Positions 21,546 to 35,522 are shown, counted from the stretch's first letter. The stretch is DNA of 64,000 bases from Pseudogymnoascus verrucosus (GCA_001662655.1 KV460230.1), one strand, 5' to 3'. Translations and numbers: made by a program. The notes: generated by a model not told the origin, from the sequence alone.

Positions 21546-23975
21546 TCACCGGGCCCTACTAGCAGCCGGACCCTTCGGCGGCTCCCTAACCAACATCCTC
21601 ACCTTCCCATCCCCAATCTCATGCCCCTGCGCCAGCAAATCCTCCGGTTTCTGTTGCACCTTCGGCGTTTCCTTCTCCACATTCCCATTTCCATTTCCAT
21701 TCGCATTGGCATTCTCCTTCCCCGCCGCCGCCTCCACCCCACCAACACCAGCAACACCAGCAACACCCTCCCTCCTCTCAAAGCTCCTCGCATCAATCCC
21801 CAAAATCCCCCCAACATTATTCCGATCCCCCGGCACCGAAAACTCTCTATACGCATACCTCCACTCGCCCAGAAACCCCCTGATAGCCTTCCCAACCTTA
21901 TCCTTCCCATTCTTGCTATGGTGCCCCGTGCCCGTGATCGCATACACGGGCCTCGCGCTCGCGGCATGCTCAACGAGCACCTTCTCCAGGTAATCGACCG
22001 CTTCTTCGGGGTGCAGGCCGTGCAGGTCGACGTAGACTTCTGCGGTGGAGGAGGAAGAGGTGGAGGTGGCGGAGGGCTTGTTGCGGGATTCGTAGAGCTC
22101 GCGGGCTGCTTCGCGGTGCGCTTTGCGCATGAGGTCGTTTTCGGATTGGCCGCGCAGGCTGAGGGCTTTGGCGGCGCGGGCGTCGTTGCGGTTCCATGCT
22201 TGTGCGGCACTATGGGGGGTGTTAGTAAAACTGATTTCATTTTCCTCACAGGGGGGATGGGGCGGCTTACCTCTGCAAAAACTTATTCCTCAAGCCACCG
22301 TGCTTAATAGCATCCGACCTGGCCTTGAGGTACGCCTTATTCGCCTTCTCGCCCGTCTCGAGCCACGGCACATGCTGCGGACTCGGGATCGCCTGGGCCG
22401 CGGCGCTGTTCTCGCCATTGCGCATGCTGGAGGAGCTGCCGTTGCGGCCGAGCTTCTTGATTTCCTGGCGCAGGGCGCCCGGGCCGGGCGAGGGTGACAT
22501 CTTGACGACTTCGGCGAGGGAGCTGGGGACGGGTGGCTCTTTGGCGTGGTTGCTTCGCTTGCCGTGGTGCTTTTTGCCTCCGCGTGTGGAGACTGCGCCA
22601 AGGGAGGGGAAGGCTTCGTTATCGTCTAATGCTGGTGCTGCGGGGGTGTCTCTGGCGCGGCTTGTTGGTCGAGATCTGTTGTTGTTTGAGCCGTCGCTTG
22701 CGTAGCCTTGGAGGGCCTTGAAACCAGTGGGGGGCGTGAAGCCCATATTTGGGTAGTTAAAAGCTGCTGTTTGATAAGAATTTCCCCACTGATCTGGCGT
22801 TGGGGGTTGAAGCGATGGGAAGCTATTAGGGTCCTGAAATTGTATATTTGGCTGCGCATTTTGCAGCGGTGGCGTGCAGCTGCCGTCTAGGGCAAGGCGG
22901 TTCATGAAATGGGATGGGTCATGAGAAAATATGCATGTTTCGCCGGCGAGACAGTTGCCCATCACCCAGTACCTTCAGGAGTGTCAGTATTAAAACCAGG
23001 ATATTTTCAAGGGCTAACTTACTTGCAGATATGGTTACTCAGGTCGTGGCTAAACCGGCAGTCCGCGCGGAGACACGACCCAGTCGAGAGAAAGAACCTA
23101 CAAACGACACCGTTTCGCTGCTGGCCTGCAGGAGTGACCGGTCTCGCGAGGTCTGGTGTCATAGACTTGCCAATCAATATGGCTTTGATTTCATTCGCCT
23201 GGTTCTGTTGGTTGACGCCATCGGTAGGCTGTCCTTCCATAAGCGCGGCGATTGCTGCGCTGAGATCGTAGCCATGCATCGCTAACGCTACTTTGAGCTC
23301 CTCGTCCGACTTGGTTGGGCCAAGAACTGAGCGAAGCATATCCATAGGGCTCATATCTGTCTGCTGTGGAGGCTGTACAAACTCGGCCGCAGCAGCATTG
23401 AGTCCGCTATGGCCACCGTTTGCATTCGCGGATGCAGCAGCAGCAACAGCATCGTCGTTGACAATCCAATCGACATTATCGCTTCCAAGGTCACCATATA
23501 TATCTTGTGTGGGGCCCGTATCTGTCGGGAACTCGTATGCATTGAGGCTAGGACTATGAGGTATCACAGGGCTGGAAAAGTTCAGCCTTGGAGATGGGCG
23601 CGGTGAGGTGAAGGGCGAGTTGATGCTCGATGTTTTGTTTCGGTACGACGAAGGCACGAAACCCGGGGGCACCAGCGGGCTGACCCCAAGACGGGGCGAG
23701 GAGTTCGCGGAGGGTCCATTTGGCCGGGGTATTTGCCATGAGGCGGGTGATGCCCGTCTCAGGACGGTATGGCGCATTAAAGGAGGGGAGGAAGTATTTG
23801 TTGAGCTCTCGCGGTGGCGCCAGAGGATATCTAGGATCGCATTTTCAAGGGTGCTGCCAGTGAGGCTCGTCTCTTTCTTTAGAAGCTCCTCGAGCTTATC
23901 TGTCTTGTCTTCGTCTTCGATAGTTGAGTCCCGGAGGATGGGTAGGCAGAGTTCGTAGGTCTCTTCGGACACCAT
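21546..23975 (-). CDS. CCCH zinc-finger and Smr-domain protein with PAM2 motif; complement(join(21546..22209,22271..22972,23023..23975))
   Basis: PAM2-like LNAAAAEFVQP. Two CCCH fingers (CRFFLSTGSCLRADCRFSH and CKYWVMGNCLAGETCIFSH). Smr motifs VDLHGLH and ITGTGHHS. Introns keep the frame. Confidence 0.92.
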
Positions 23976-25655
23976 GGTGCCGGGTCGGTCTTCAAGCTGG
24001 AAATTAAAACGAGGTGGAGGCGGTGAGTATTAATAGGGCCGTCAACGGCCTCTGAGTGAGAGGCAAGCTGTGAGAAGCGGTGGTGCCAACCAAGGTAGGA
24101 GGTTCACGATGCCCGGGTGGGTAGCTGCGTAGAGTCTGATGTTGGAAGTGACGACGATCGTTACCCGGAGAAGGAACCAAGTACAATAGGCTCTGTGACG
24201 CGACGGCTGCAGCAGTGACACTATAATGAAGATGTCAGATGCCAGATATCTCGTCACATTGTCGACATGGACTGTTGGTAGGCGATATAGATAGGTCGAT
24301 AGACGGTCTGCGGGACGGCCGAGGGGGGTAGCGCGAACGATGCTGGGGCTGGGATGAGCTGAGCTGAGCTGCGGACTAGTTCGTTGGGGTGTTTCGGGGA
24401 TTAGATCGAACCTCCGGCAGTGAGGTTGAGGGAGGGCGACAAGCAGGCGCAAAAGCACGAACGAGAAGACCTTGGGGTAAAGAAGAGGTGAGGTTGGTGG
24501 GTGGGGGTTGTTGTTTATCGGTGGGATAGAAGGTGAGGCGTAGGGGAAGTGGGACAAAGAGAGCCTTGCGGATCGATATTGGATTGGGGGGTGAGGAGGA
24601 GGGGAGGGGGGTTTGGGGATGGGGGTGATCTCAGATGTTGATGGGACTCAGCTCACCACAGTTTAGTAGTAAGTTTAGTAGTAGAGTGGAGTGGCAGTAC
24701 ATCTTTGTAGCGCTATTTTAGCCGCAGACACCAGGTACTCTCTCACCATCTGTACCTGCACGTTTTGGCACCACCCACCACCCCATAAACCCCACGTATG
24801 TGTTTACTGTGGTGATGCGATGGACAGAGGGGACAAAGGGGATGAAGAGGACAATTAGAACAAAGGAGTATAGTTTCAACATAGGCATTATTAGTTTATG
24901 AGAAGGCAGTGGTCTAGGGAAAGGCCTGGAATATGCGATACTTGTCCTTTACGGCGCGATTCCAGTACTACTGTTGACTCTACTCTATAGGATCTAGAGG
25001 GACTCACTCGGAGGAACACCATATCACAAATACTGTACGCAAGGCGATAAGTGATAGAAATAGAAATAGAATAACAAGCACGCCAGCCAAGAGACGTGGG
25101 CTGATCGAGCACTCCCTACGGCCTACTATTACTTACTAACAAACTCCCCACGAACGGTACACGGGATATCGTCCTCCCGAAGCATTTGACACGAAAGGGA
25201 GGGAGGGATCCATGACGTCTCATGTCAGCCTCAGCAGCCTCAGCACCCAATCCACAGGCCTCGTAACTCACTCCAGTCCGCCTCTCCCTCCCTCCTCCTC
25301 CAACAATCAGCTCCAAAAGTGGAAGTGAACACGAACACACAGGGAACGCCAATCACCGACGACTTTCTAAGACATGCATCCCTAATCAGGCCTCCACGGT
25401 CCCTCTCGAATCCCCTTTCTTCTTAGCCGCCTACGCGCACGCATCAACCTTTTTCGCTGTCGCCCCGTCGTCGTCGTCGAGAATTGTCGAAAACCCAAGC
25501 AACCCCACGCTGTTTCCGTGCGCGACGAACGCTGGGAATCGCATCGAGACGAAGGGAATAAACGCGTCGACTTCTTCAATGATCTTGTAATACCACAGAC
25601 AACACATACAAGAACACTCTCCACCAACCCGGCCCATCCGGCGCGCCTCTCAACC

Positions 25656-26768
25656 ATGTCATTCAAAGACGACACCACCGCCTCGCACCACCTCCTCCCC
25701 CCCTCCTCGCCCTCCCCCCCTCTCTCCCCCCTCGTCTCCCCCCTCCCCGACGCCCCCCCCCGCCCCTCCTTCTCCCGCCGCCTCCGATCCTCCGCCTCCC
25801 ACCGCCGGCGCCCCTCCCTCTCCACCCCCTCCACAGCCGCCTCCTACCTCCTCAAAGCCAAGATCCTGCAGGATAAAGCCCTCGCGCTCTGGGCCTCGGC
25901 AACACTCACCCAACGCATCCTCTTCGTTGGCGCCTACATCTTCTTCTCCACAATCGGCATCCTCTTCATCGTCTACTCCGAGTCGCTCTTCGCCGCTCTC
26001 GCCCCCGTCGCCGTGAAATGGCGCGCCCTACCGGGGGGCTGGCTCATCAGCTTCGCCCTCATCTTCATCACCGCCTTCCCGCCCGTGATCGGCTACACAA
26101 CCGCCCTCACCATCGCCGGCTTCGTCTACGGCATGAAAGGGTGGTTCATCTGCGCCAGCGCCAACGTAATAGGGTCCTACTGCTCCTTCCTCGCCAGCCG
26201 GACCATCCTCTCCAAATACGTCCACCGTCTCGTCGGCGAAGACAAGCGTTTCGAAGCCTTCGCCTCAATCCTCAAGCACGACGGCATCAAAGTCCTCGTG
26301 ATGATCCGCTTCTGTCCCCTCCCCTACAGCATCTCCAACGGCGCCATGTCCACGCTCCCCACCGTTCACCCGCTTGCGTTCACCGCCGCGACCGCGATGG
26401 CGACGCCGAAACTGCTTATTCATGTTTTTGCGGGGAGTAGGCTGGCTGCTATTGCTGAGGCGGGCAGCGAGATGGATCGCACGACGAAGATTGTGAATTA
26501 TGTTTCCATGGCGGTTTTTGGGATCCTAGGCGCGGTGCTGGGGTTTGTGATTTATAGGCGCACGATGGCGAGGGCGAGGGAGTTGGAGGCGGAGGCGATT
26601 GGGGGGGAGGAGGGGACGTGGGATGGGGATGAGGAGGAGAGGGTTGGGTTGGCGGATCCGGTGGGGTTTGAGGAGGATGATATTAGTTTGTGGGATAATG
26701 ATGACGCGGGGTATAGGGATGATTGGACGGATGAGGAGGGGAGGGTTGAGACGGAGGGGGGGAGGTGA
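25656..26768 (+). CDS. TVP38: Golgi membrane protein Tvp38 (SNARE-associated / DedA-VTT family)
   Basis: Multiple TM helices, FPPVIGY and MIRFCPLPYSISN motifs, acidic tail. Confidence 0.9.
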   Translation: MSFKDDTTASHHLLPPSSPSPPLSPLVSPLPDAPPRPSFSRRLRSSASHRRRPSLSTPSTAASYLLKAKILQDKALALWASATLTQRILFVGAYIFFSTIGILFIVYSESLFAALAPVAVKWRALPGGWLISFALIFITAFPPVIGYTTALTIAGFVYGMKGWFICASANVIGSYCSFLASRTILSKYVHRLVGEDKRFEAFASILKHDGIKVLVMIRFCPLPYSISNGAMSTLPTVHPLAFTAATAMATPKLLIHVFAGSRLAAIAEAGSEMDRTTKIVNYVSMAVFGILGAVLGFVIYRRTMARARELEAEAIGGEEGTWDGDEEERVGLADPVGFEEDDISLWDNDDAGYRDDWTDEEGRVETEGGR

Positions 26769-27187
26769 GAGTGGGTTGTTAGAAGGGAAGAAGAGGTGTA
26801 GAGATATGGGGGTGTAGATTGGGGCTTGAAGTGGTGTTTGGGGTTGGCGTTGATTTGGATATAGCATCACCTGGCAAAAGATCGATAGAAGCGGGTTCTG
26901 ATTTTGTACGGCATTATTATGACAGCGAAGATGAAGAGATAAAACGGAATAGAATACATATATTTCTGCTGTACAGCTACGAATAGACAAGTTTAAATAT
27001 TATGTTTCTGACAGAAGTGTACATTAAAAGCTAAGCTAAACAGCTAAATAAGTGCGCCGGCCTTCTTCCCACAGAAGCCTCCGTAAGAATCAACGCTGAA
27101 AACCCATGCGACAATCTGATATCGTAAAAATCGAATGCTAATCGCTATCAAAAAAAAATCAACGCAACGTCCACCTCGTTGCTCTTA

Positions 27188-28996
27188 TCATCTCGGTTGG
27201 TTGGCTCCAGCTTGCCACTGCTGCATCAACGCCATCGCCTGCTCAACAGGGTATCCGATGAACACAGGGCCCGTGAACAGCATCTGCGGTCCACCATTAT
27301 TCCCCGTCGTCGTGGCAGCCTCGGGCTTTGCTATGAATGCTGGCTGCGATGCAGGTTCCGGCTGCGGCTGGCTCTCGTATGTTGCGCCGAAGCCAGAGTC
27401 TTGCGGTGTTACAGTGGGGTGGTCTTTGGGAAGCGGTGCGTTCGGGTCCATGTTCTGGCTGAATGGGCATTGTCCCGCTGGCCTGGCCTGAGGGATATCC
27501 TCTCGGTCAGAGGATGGAGGTTCTTCTGTTACTTCTTCCGCTTTTGCGCCGTGGCCGAATGGGCAGCGGCTCACGGGCGGCTGGCCTTCGAAGTCACGGG
27601 TAATGGCGGGGGCGGATGGGGAGGCTTGTAAATCGTTCTCGGTGTAGTGAGGAGCAGGCGGGAAGTCGTATGGTACTGAAATACCCCATGGACGGCTCGG
27701 CGACTCGCCAACCCTGACCTCATTCATTTGCCTGTCATACCGCCCTTCGCGCTCTTCTTCGGGCTCGGTAGGGACGTCTGTTGTTGCTTCGGCAGGATCG
27801 ACGCCTTCTTCACTAACAGCCTTCGCCCAGCTCTCGACTCGTCCGTTGGATCTCTTATCCACTTCGTATTCCTCAATTTCGTCTTGCACAGGTAACATCG
27901 GCTGGTGCTTCTGGCCCAGTTGCTGCAGCATGCTCACCATGCTACCATATTTCGCATCCAACTTCCTAGCTCCTTCCTCATTCCTCGTATACCGCTTCAC
28001 GCATACTTCATGGCTTCGTGGGATTTCATGCTTGTGGGTCTCAAAATATCTTGCGACCTCTTCGGGAGAATGCTGGTCTAGGAAACGTATGGGGCATTTG
28101 TTGGAGCCGGCGGCCGATGGAGGCGCGGAGACATGTGTTTCGGCATATAGTGCTGCGCATATGGGATCTGCTGAGTGATGGGGGGTGTTGTCTTCCGTAT
28201 CGGGGACGGCAGTGGTTTCCTCAGCGGTCTCCATCGCTGATACTTGGCTCGATGAGTCTTGGTTCGGAGCGGGCTTATTGGATTTTTGAGAGAATGGGCA
28301 CATCAGTTGGCTTTTTTTGCCCGGTACTGTGAAGTCTTGTTCATGGAATGTTGTAAAGGAGGTTCCCCCGCGGGAGTTCCTATTGTTACTGCTCGTAGCT
28401 ATTGAGGCACTGCGATTACTAACGGCAGATCTATTCCAGCCCTTAAGGGAAGCTATGAGCTGTGACGCCTTTCGCCCATCTCTTATAGCCTCAGCCGTCT
28501 GCTGCTTGGAGTTTCCGGACCTCCGGGGAGGTAGCGGCACCTGTGACGTCCGGTCCTCTACATTCACTCGGATGTCCGCGGGAAGCTGCAGCTTAGCTAG
28601 AGTGCTCGAGATATCTGGATCATCAGACGGCGCGTACTTGAGTGCTAACACTTGATACTATAAAGACGATTGTCAGCGGGCTGTCTTTGCAAATGTATAA
28701 ACGTATTCATAGTGATGAAGGAACGGTATTCAGGAAACATGATTGGTTTTTGTCGGTCGTTGTCACCAGAAGCGACTCCAGATCTAGAGCTAAAGTGTCT
28801 CATCACATAGTGTGGTTGGGGGGGAAAGAACAAAGAAATGATGGATTGTGCATACCTGTTCGTGGGCAAAACGTAGCTTGTGTTCGAGAACAGTCTTCCT
28901 ATCGCTCAACAGTTGAACTTCGTCAGCCAGAACATTGAAGTTCTCTGTCAGTGTTTTCATGAGCTGATCAAAATCAGTGTCTCTCATGTGGCTCAT
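27188..28996 (-). CDS. Conserved hypothetical fungal protein; complement(join(27188..28657,28856..28996))
   Basis: N-terminal coiled coil, then CPIRFLDQHSPEEVARYFETHKHEIPRSHEVCVKRY, repeated CPF motifs and C-terminal FTGPVFIGYPVEQA. The intron keeps the frame. Confidence 0.85.
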
Positions 28997-29779
28997 GATC
29001 TAGATAGCAAAATAGGACCTGATTCAGTCGTCCTATTCCCATGTAAATTCGTTGAAAAGAGAGAAGGGAAGGGAAAGGAAAAGGGTGGAGAATCGGTTGA
29101 CGACAATTTGTAGTCCAGTAGTCTCTGCTTGGCGCCTACGAGGGGTTGATCAAGTTAGCTTTGCCACTAGAACAGCCCTAGCTTCATTGATAAGCATAAT
29201 CACGTGATATGATAACCAGTAGGGGATTGTACCCGCGCGGTTTGGACAGATGCTCATTGGTGACGCGTTGGTTTAAATATAGTAATAGATTCAAGATGGA
29301 CCCTGAAAGGTTGTGTTGCTGTTTACTGAGCAAACTGTACTCTACAAACAAATAGGAAGCTCTACACAACTAACGTGCTATATCCTGACTAAATTGAGCA
29401 ATTTGGAAGAATTGGAGTCAGTTGGAAATACGAGAGACCAGCAGACGTGAATTCATTGAACCACGCAGTTCGCCAAGGTTGCATCTCCGGACCAATGCTG
29501 CAGCCAGGGGAGGGGGGATTACTGTAGTAGTCCGTTTTCCAACAATTGAGATCTGACAACCAACGAGGATCCCCGTGCTACTGTGAGTACAGGGCGCGAC
29601 TATCCTGTCGTCTACATTGAGTACACACTCCGTACGTACTCCTTGCTCCCCCACCACTTAGCCCAGACATCAAACGCGATATTAGTTGGCAGGGGGTTGA
29701 ATCCTAACTATCTATAGAATCAGTCCGCGTCAGGGCTGACTGACTTTCGCATCTTTTTGCGCCTACTCACGACTATTCC

Positions 29780-32700
29780 ATGCCCGCGACAACTTCTAAT
29801 GGCATAGCCGATGATGCAAATTGTGGATGCGCCGATACAGCCGTTGTTATGAAGATGGATAATTCTACAACAGCGGCGTTGACGGACATTGTGGACTCCA
29901 AGGACGCCAAGCACGCCGCATGCGCTTTCGCGAGCCTCCCGGATGAGATCATAGAACTGTATGTCTGCTACGCTTCCATTGTTATCTTACTGACGATGTC
30001 CCAGCATCCTCTCGACATGCGACCCCAGCTCCTTTGCATCTCTTGTTCTGCTTAATCGGAATTGGCGCAGGGTATCGCAACAAGCGCAACTCTATGCCCA
30101 GCAGCTGTCTCGATGCCGATCTTATGCGACAAGCCATCGAACTATCGCATTGCCAGTAGGCGACGACGAGCTTCCGAAACTCCGAAAAGCATTCGCACAT
30201 GAGGTCAAGCGCAACCTCTACGAGGCATATTTACGCCCACAAGAAACGATAATCAAGCTGGTGTCGACGTCTATAAGCTCTTCTGCCGCTTTACCCGGAG
30301 GTGAAGCGTTCCACTTCGCATTCTCCGCCAATGGACAATATGTTCTCGCATATAGCACATCGAGGATTCATGTTCTTCGTTTTGTGGGATTGGATGTCAC
30401 AGTTGAACGCGAGCTGAAGATCCTGCGACGACCTGCATCAATAACAATACTCGACGATGGCACTCTGCTGGCTGTATTATCAATAGATCATCAGGTTGAC
30501 CTCTACGACCTAAGAAACGGGAAGCCAAAACACATTCGAGCAATTGCCCTGGATCACCATCCTCGCACAATTTCACTATCCCCCGGCGGTTCGGTGCTGG
30601 CAGCAGCGTATGATGGGGGCATCGAGGTGTACTCTCTGTCAGCTGCCGCCTTAGCCACGGATAAAAGGGGTGTCAAATCTGACGCAGCGGATTCTTTGTC
30701 ATTCTCCAGAGATGGCATGCAACTGATGGGCACCACTATACATTCTAAAAACCCCAACACTGTCATATTGACAGCGCCATACTTCAACCCCGGCGAATAT
30801 TCACCAGAGGACAGCATTGGCCAGCTTTGGGCAACGTCAATCCTTTTCCCTAATAGCAGTCGAGACTGTAGCCATGCGGTCCTTCTACCAAGCGCCGCGG
30901 ACTGTGGGGCAAACTGGACATTCACTTATGACCGAGCCTTTGAAACTTTCCGAGCTGTCCGTATCGACGATCTTCGCAATGGAACGACCTATTTTACTGG
31001 ACCTGTAGCAGATGCCTCATCGACTCAAAAACTACTTCCCAACACTCTGCCCGCAACAACTGGCTCAGGTGATTTGGTTTCTGCAGGGTTTCAGGGGAAG
31101 GAAATATGGTGTTACGGTGTCCCTGAAAATCTTGATGCGCCTCCTGAACCAACAGCAGAAGCTGACTCGGCTGACTTTGGAACGCCTCTCAGCCACAAAA
31201 GTAGCCTTTCCGGCAACGGGCAACGGGAGACCACCGTCGCGCCCAAAGATACAAACGGCAACAAGGTACCCAAGTGGCAAGAACTCTCCAACAGATCTCG
31301 AAATTCGTTCATTGAAGGGCGGCATGTTAGCAGTCTCGACGGAATTGTGGCTCTGAAGTGGGTAACTTCTTCACCAGGTACTTCATATGAGCGGCTTGTC
31401 GCAGCTGCCCCAGGGGGTGTAGGCTATGCCCAAGGACATGCGTTCGACTTGAACGAAGACGGCATAGCACCAATGGATGGTGGAAGACTGTTACTCTTGG
31501 ATTTTGACTACTCTATTGTGAACGGCGAAAAGCGAACAATCACGATAGAAGTGGGCGAGAAAGAGCCGGAAGTACTCGAGGAAGAGCACCGAGATATGGA
31601 GACAGAGGTGGCAATAGTTCGCAGGCGAACTGTTGCTCAATCAAGAGGAACTCATCCAGCAGTCCTTCGTTCAACCACAATAGCAGTACGGCCGGAGAGA
31701 GGTCCTGTTTTTACTCTACCAAGGAGGTTGGAAGGGCCGCCAACGTCAGGACTCCGAAGGCTGTCTGCTACGAGGGAGGCATTATCGCCGACAGACGAGA
31801 CCTCAGAAACGGCATCTATGACATCAATAGACGACCAAGAAGCACTTGATGCGCCGTATGCGCATGGTACTCCCCGCTCTGTGGCAACACTGCGACGTGC
31901 TGCAACTGCAGCAGCTATAAATAGGGTGCTTCATCCACCTCGTTTTGGGCAACAACCAGGTCCCCCTCGGATGCGGCCCGCAGATGGTCACAACGAAGTT
32001 CCCCACGAAAGTGATGCGGATAATTGGGTCCCCCCACCACCGCCATATAGCAAAGATGACATACCAACACTTCCAGAGCACTTACGAAATGCAATCCAAG
32101 TCGGGGTAACAGGATTGCCACACAGCCTTCACCGATCTAGCACTCAGAGGAGCAGCGCGTCGACGGAGTCAAACCCCTTATCCAGTTTACGCAGATCCAG
32201 AACGACATATGTTCCAATGAGTAGATCCTCGGGGTCACCTGCGTCACCTCATTTATCCCTCGCCTCACCAATTTCACCTCATTTAGCCGTCACTATACCC
32301 CGACCTGCCAGCTCTTCGTCTGCCATAAGTGCATCAAGCGATATAAATCGCGAGCCTCAGCCATTCCAGACTCCAGCAAACGCTGATGATTTTGATGACA
32401 TGTATGATGTTTCTCCTCAGAGGACGCCTGAGCCTCCTGCGGCAGTGCCAGTAGCGCCAGCGCCATCCAACACAATTCCTCGTCGACCTGTGGGCCAGCC
32501 GGTGGTGACTATACCGGAAAGCCCTGTCATGAGTACTCCTTCAGTTGAACCTATGTCTCCAATCCCACGTCGCGCTATACCAATTCCAACAGTCCGGGAT
32601 ATTAGCGTGACACCGGATAACTGGGATGGCGATGCTGGTAGTGCTAGCAACACCATACCCGCCAACGAAGAGAAAACGCGAACTGTTCCCGAACAAACGG

Positions 32701-33575
32701 CGTCAACTGATGGGTCACAAGTACAATACGTGAGTATTCAGGCGCCCGAAGGCTCGCAGTTTACAAGCCTACCAACGCTGTCACCGATAACCCCACTGGA
32801 TCTACACTACCCTCCCAGCCAGGATCCAGCTCCACAGACAGGCATCTCTCCAGATGCCGGCTCAGGAGTACCAGCACCACCTGCAGAGTTAACTCCTGCG
32901 GATGTCAACTTACCTAGCACATCATTGCTAGAGAGGCTGAATAGTCGCGCCCAAAGACCAAGCAGCCAGCAACTATCCAACTACCCAAGAGCTGCCTCAG
33001 GATCCTTCCAACAGCTACCCGTCGTCCAGCCACCCGTCATGCATCCAGTCCACCAGAACATGTACCCAGAATCACCCAACCAAGTGAACACCGGCCTGCC
33101 ACAATTCGGCCAGACCAGCTTCACAGACTTTGGACCGCCTCCCAGGGCAGCTACCGGGGCATACAATGCGCAAACAACCATGTCCCCAATCTACCCGCCT
33201 CCGTCCCACGACCAAGGCTACCCAGTCGGGTATCCCAGCCCATATGGCGACCAACAGCAATTTTCCCCGGGCGGTCTGCGTCCACACATGACGCGTCTAG
33301 AGACGATCTACAGCATCAGCTCCAACGGTGACGCGCCGGCACACCATCCCACCTGGCCCATAGCAGCTGGTGTCTCGCGCCGCGCCAGCCGCGCAGAGCG
33401 TAGCGCGGCGATCAACATGCAGCAGGCGAAGGAGAGGGGGTGGCGCGGGACGATGAAGAAGAAGGGGAAGAAGAAGAAGGATTACGACGTAGCGAGTAGT
33501 GCCGGGTGGACGGATGTTACGACGGCGAGTTATGCGAGTAAGAAGGAGAAGAAGGGGAAGTGTGCGATTATGTGA
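29780..33575 (+). CDS. F-box protein with WD40-like beta-propeller and long disordered C-terminus; join(29780..29958,30005..33575)
   Basis: F-box FASLPDEIIELILSTCDPSSFASLVLLNRNWR spans the intron. Beta-propeller-like repeats follow. Contains PPPPY and ends KGKCAIM (CaaX-like). Confidence 0.88.
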
Positions 33576-34430
33576 GGGGATTGTTTTCAATGGGATAGGC
33601 GTTGGTGTGTCAACCTCTGTCCGTAGTCGGATATTTCGGTATATGGGATTTAGGTAACTTCGCTTAGGGGGGATTTGCTGCGATGAGCGGGATACCCGGG
33701 ATATTGCCGCGAGGCTTTATGGATGCGATGTGTTATATAGCGCTTCTGGCGAATCTAGCTCGATATCGAGTATTTAATGAGAAGAATGAATCTTATTGGG
33801 GATGGATTTTAATATTCCCTATCAGCTACGTTTTCCAAAGCTTTCTCATAGTGCCTGACAAGGCTGACATCTTCTACGCTCTCGAATCTGTATGCCAAAA
33901 TTCCATAGCAGAAGGATAACAATTCCAAGTATCATTTCCTCGGTAGTGACTGGTCTTCAGCCGTAGCTGGTTCCTCGCCCTTATACTCCTCTGCTGTGGC
34001 ACGGTCTTCAATTCCCAACCCCATTGCCCATGGCAACTTCTTCCTCCACTTCACAAACCTCTGTTGCAACGGCGCCTTCAGCAGCGGTATGTTCCTCGAC
34101 GGTAGCTGGCTCGTCAGCACCCGCAATTTTCTTCGTCGCCAAAGGTAAGTTCGCCCACAGGGCAGCTTCGTCCGCCATGGCTCTTTGCCGCGGTTGGCTG
34201 CCCCAGCTTAGTCTCGTATACTGCATCAGGTTCTTTTGCGGCAATAAGCTCTCCAACTGCGACACCTCTGCCAACCTCGAGGGCTCCGTGCCGACTCCAT
34301 TGCTTCTATAGTAACTCCTCCTGATGCAGGACGCCCAGATTAAGCGAGTCCATGAATCCATATCCAGCCTCCTACACCCACTAACTCGATTCCAGCGAAA
34401 CATACATGAGCAAGCCTCCCATCGACACGC

Positions 34431-34823
34431 TCATTGGAACGTCTTCCGCATATCGGATCGAGTCTTGACTCTCCGAGTAGGTGCTGCTCTAGGCAGGGTC
34501 CTCGACTGGGCGGCTGCCTCCGCGCACTCGGCAGTATTAAGTTCTATCCGGGCCCGCGCCACGATCCAGTGGATATATAGAAAATTATGCTCTTGCAACC
34601 ATATCCATCTCCGTTTATGCACCCGCGCTAGTTTCCTTAGCTGCCTGAGATAGTCCTCTGTAGACATTTCCTCATACAATGTACTCTGGGACAAGGACGG
34701 CTTCTTTTGTCTGGGGTCGATGGGCCACGGGAGTATACGAGAGACCGGGAGAGGCGTTCCTGCTGCTATAGCCTCATCATATGAGTCCAGCTCCCTTATA
34801 ACAGATTCCATCCGGGGCTTCAT
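34431..34823 (-). CDS. Lineage-specific hypothetical protein, tandem paralog
   Basis: Shares AIAAGTPLP and ARxELxxAxCAxAAAxSRTLPRA with 35022-35522. Confidence 0.5.
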   Translation of the reverse strand: MKPRMESVIRELDSYDEAIAAGTPLPVSRILPWPIDPRQKKPSLSQSTLYEEMSTEDYLRQLRKLARVHKRRWIWLQEHNFLYIHWIVARARIELNTAECAEAAAQSRTLPRAAPTRRVKTRSDMRKTFQ

Positions 34824-35021
34824 CCGCCTCGTCGCCTCCGCTGCTCAAGCTCCACTCATGGCTCCTATGTGAAAGATTATCTCTCTTGACAAGCTTTCTA
34901 TATTGTAGCAGGTTATCTCACGACAACAGCTCGGTCAACCTGATGGCTCCACGTCGACTCAGTTGCTTCTATAGTACAGCACAGTACTTAAGTAGCTCTC
35001 AATTTTTCTTACAACATCAAA

Positions 35022-35522
35022 TTAATCGAGCCCAGTAACGGGCTCTTCAGTCACTGTACTTTCCCCCATCGCTCGCGGTAGTGTCCTTGAGCGAGCAGCT
35101 GCGTTCGCACAGTCGGCAACATCGAGTTCCTTCCGAGCCATCAGCAACAAGCCCTGGAGACTTCGATTACTCTGCTCTCGCAGTCTTGCTAGATTCTCGT
35201 TCCCCCGCCGCACTGCCCCCCTTAAGAACTCCACATAGTCCATCGTGGACCTCTGCCTATGCTCTCCGCCATTCGCCAACAACTGGTGTTGTTCGGGGTG
35301 ATAGGCCGGAAGGGGAATCGAGTCTGGGAGAGGCGTTCCGGCTGCTATGGCAGCCTCATACATGGCCAGCTCCGACGCCATAGAGTCCAAGATGCTCCGT
35401 CGCCGCTGCAGCACCTCTGGTGGGGTATATTGCAAGAATGTCCGTCGCTGGCGAGGCTGATCCCGCGCTTCCACTTGAGCTAATATAGCCCCTATGGCCG
35501 CGCTTGTGGCGGTTGCTTCCAT
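35022..35522 (-). CDS. Lineage-specific hypothetical protein, tandem paralog
   Basis: 166-aa ORF with the same motifs as 34431-34823. Confidence 0.55.
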   Translation of the reverse strand: MEATATSAAIGAILAQVEARDQPRQRRTFLQYTPPEVLQRRRSILDSMASELAMYEAAIAAGTPLPDSIPLPAYHPEQHQLLANGGEHRQRSTMDYVEFLRGAVRRGNENLARLREQSNRSLQGLLLMARKELDVADCANAAARSRTLPRAMGESTVTEEPVTGLD

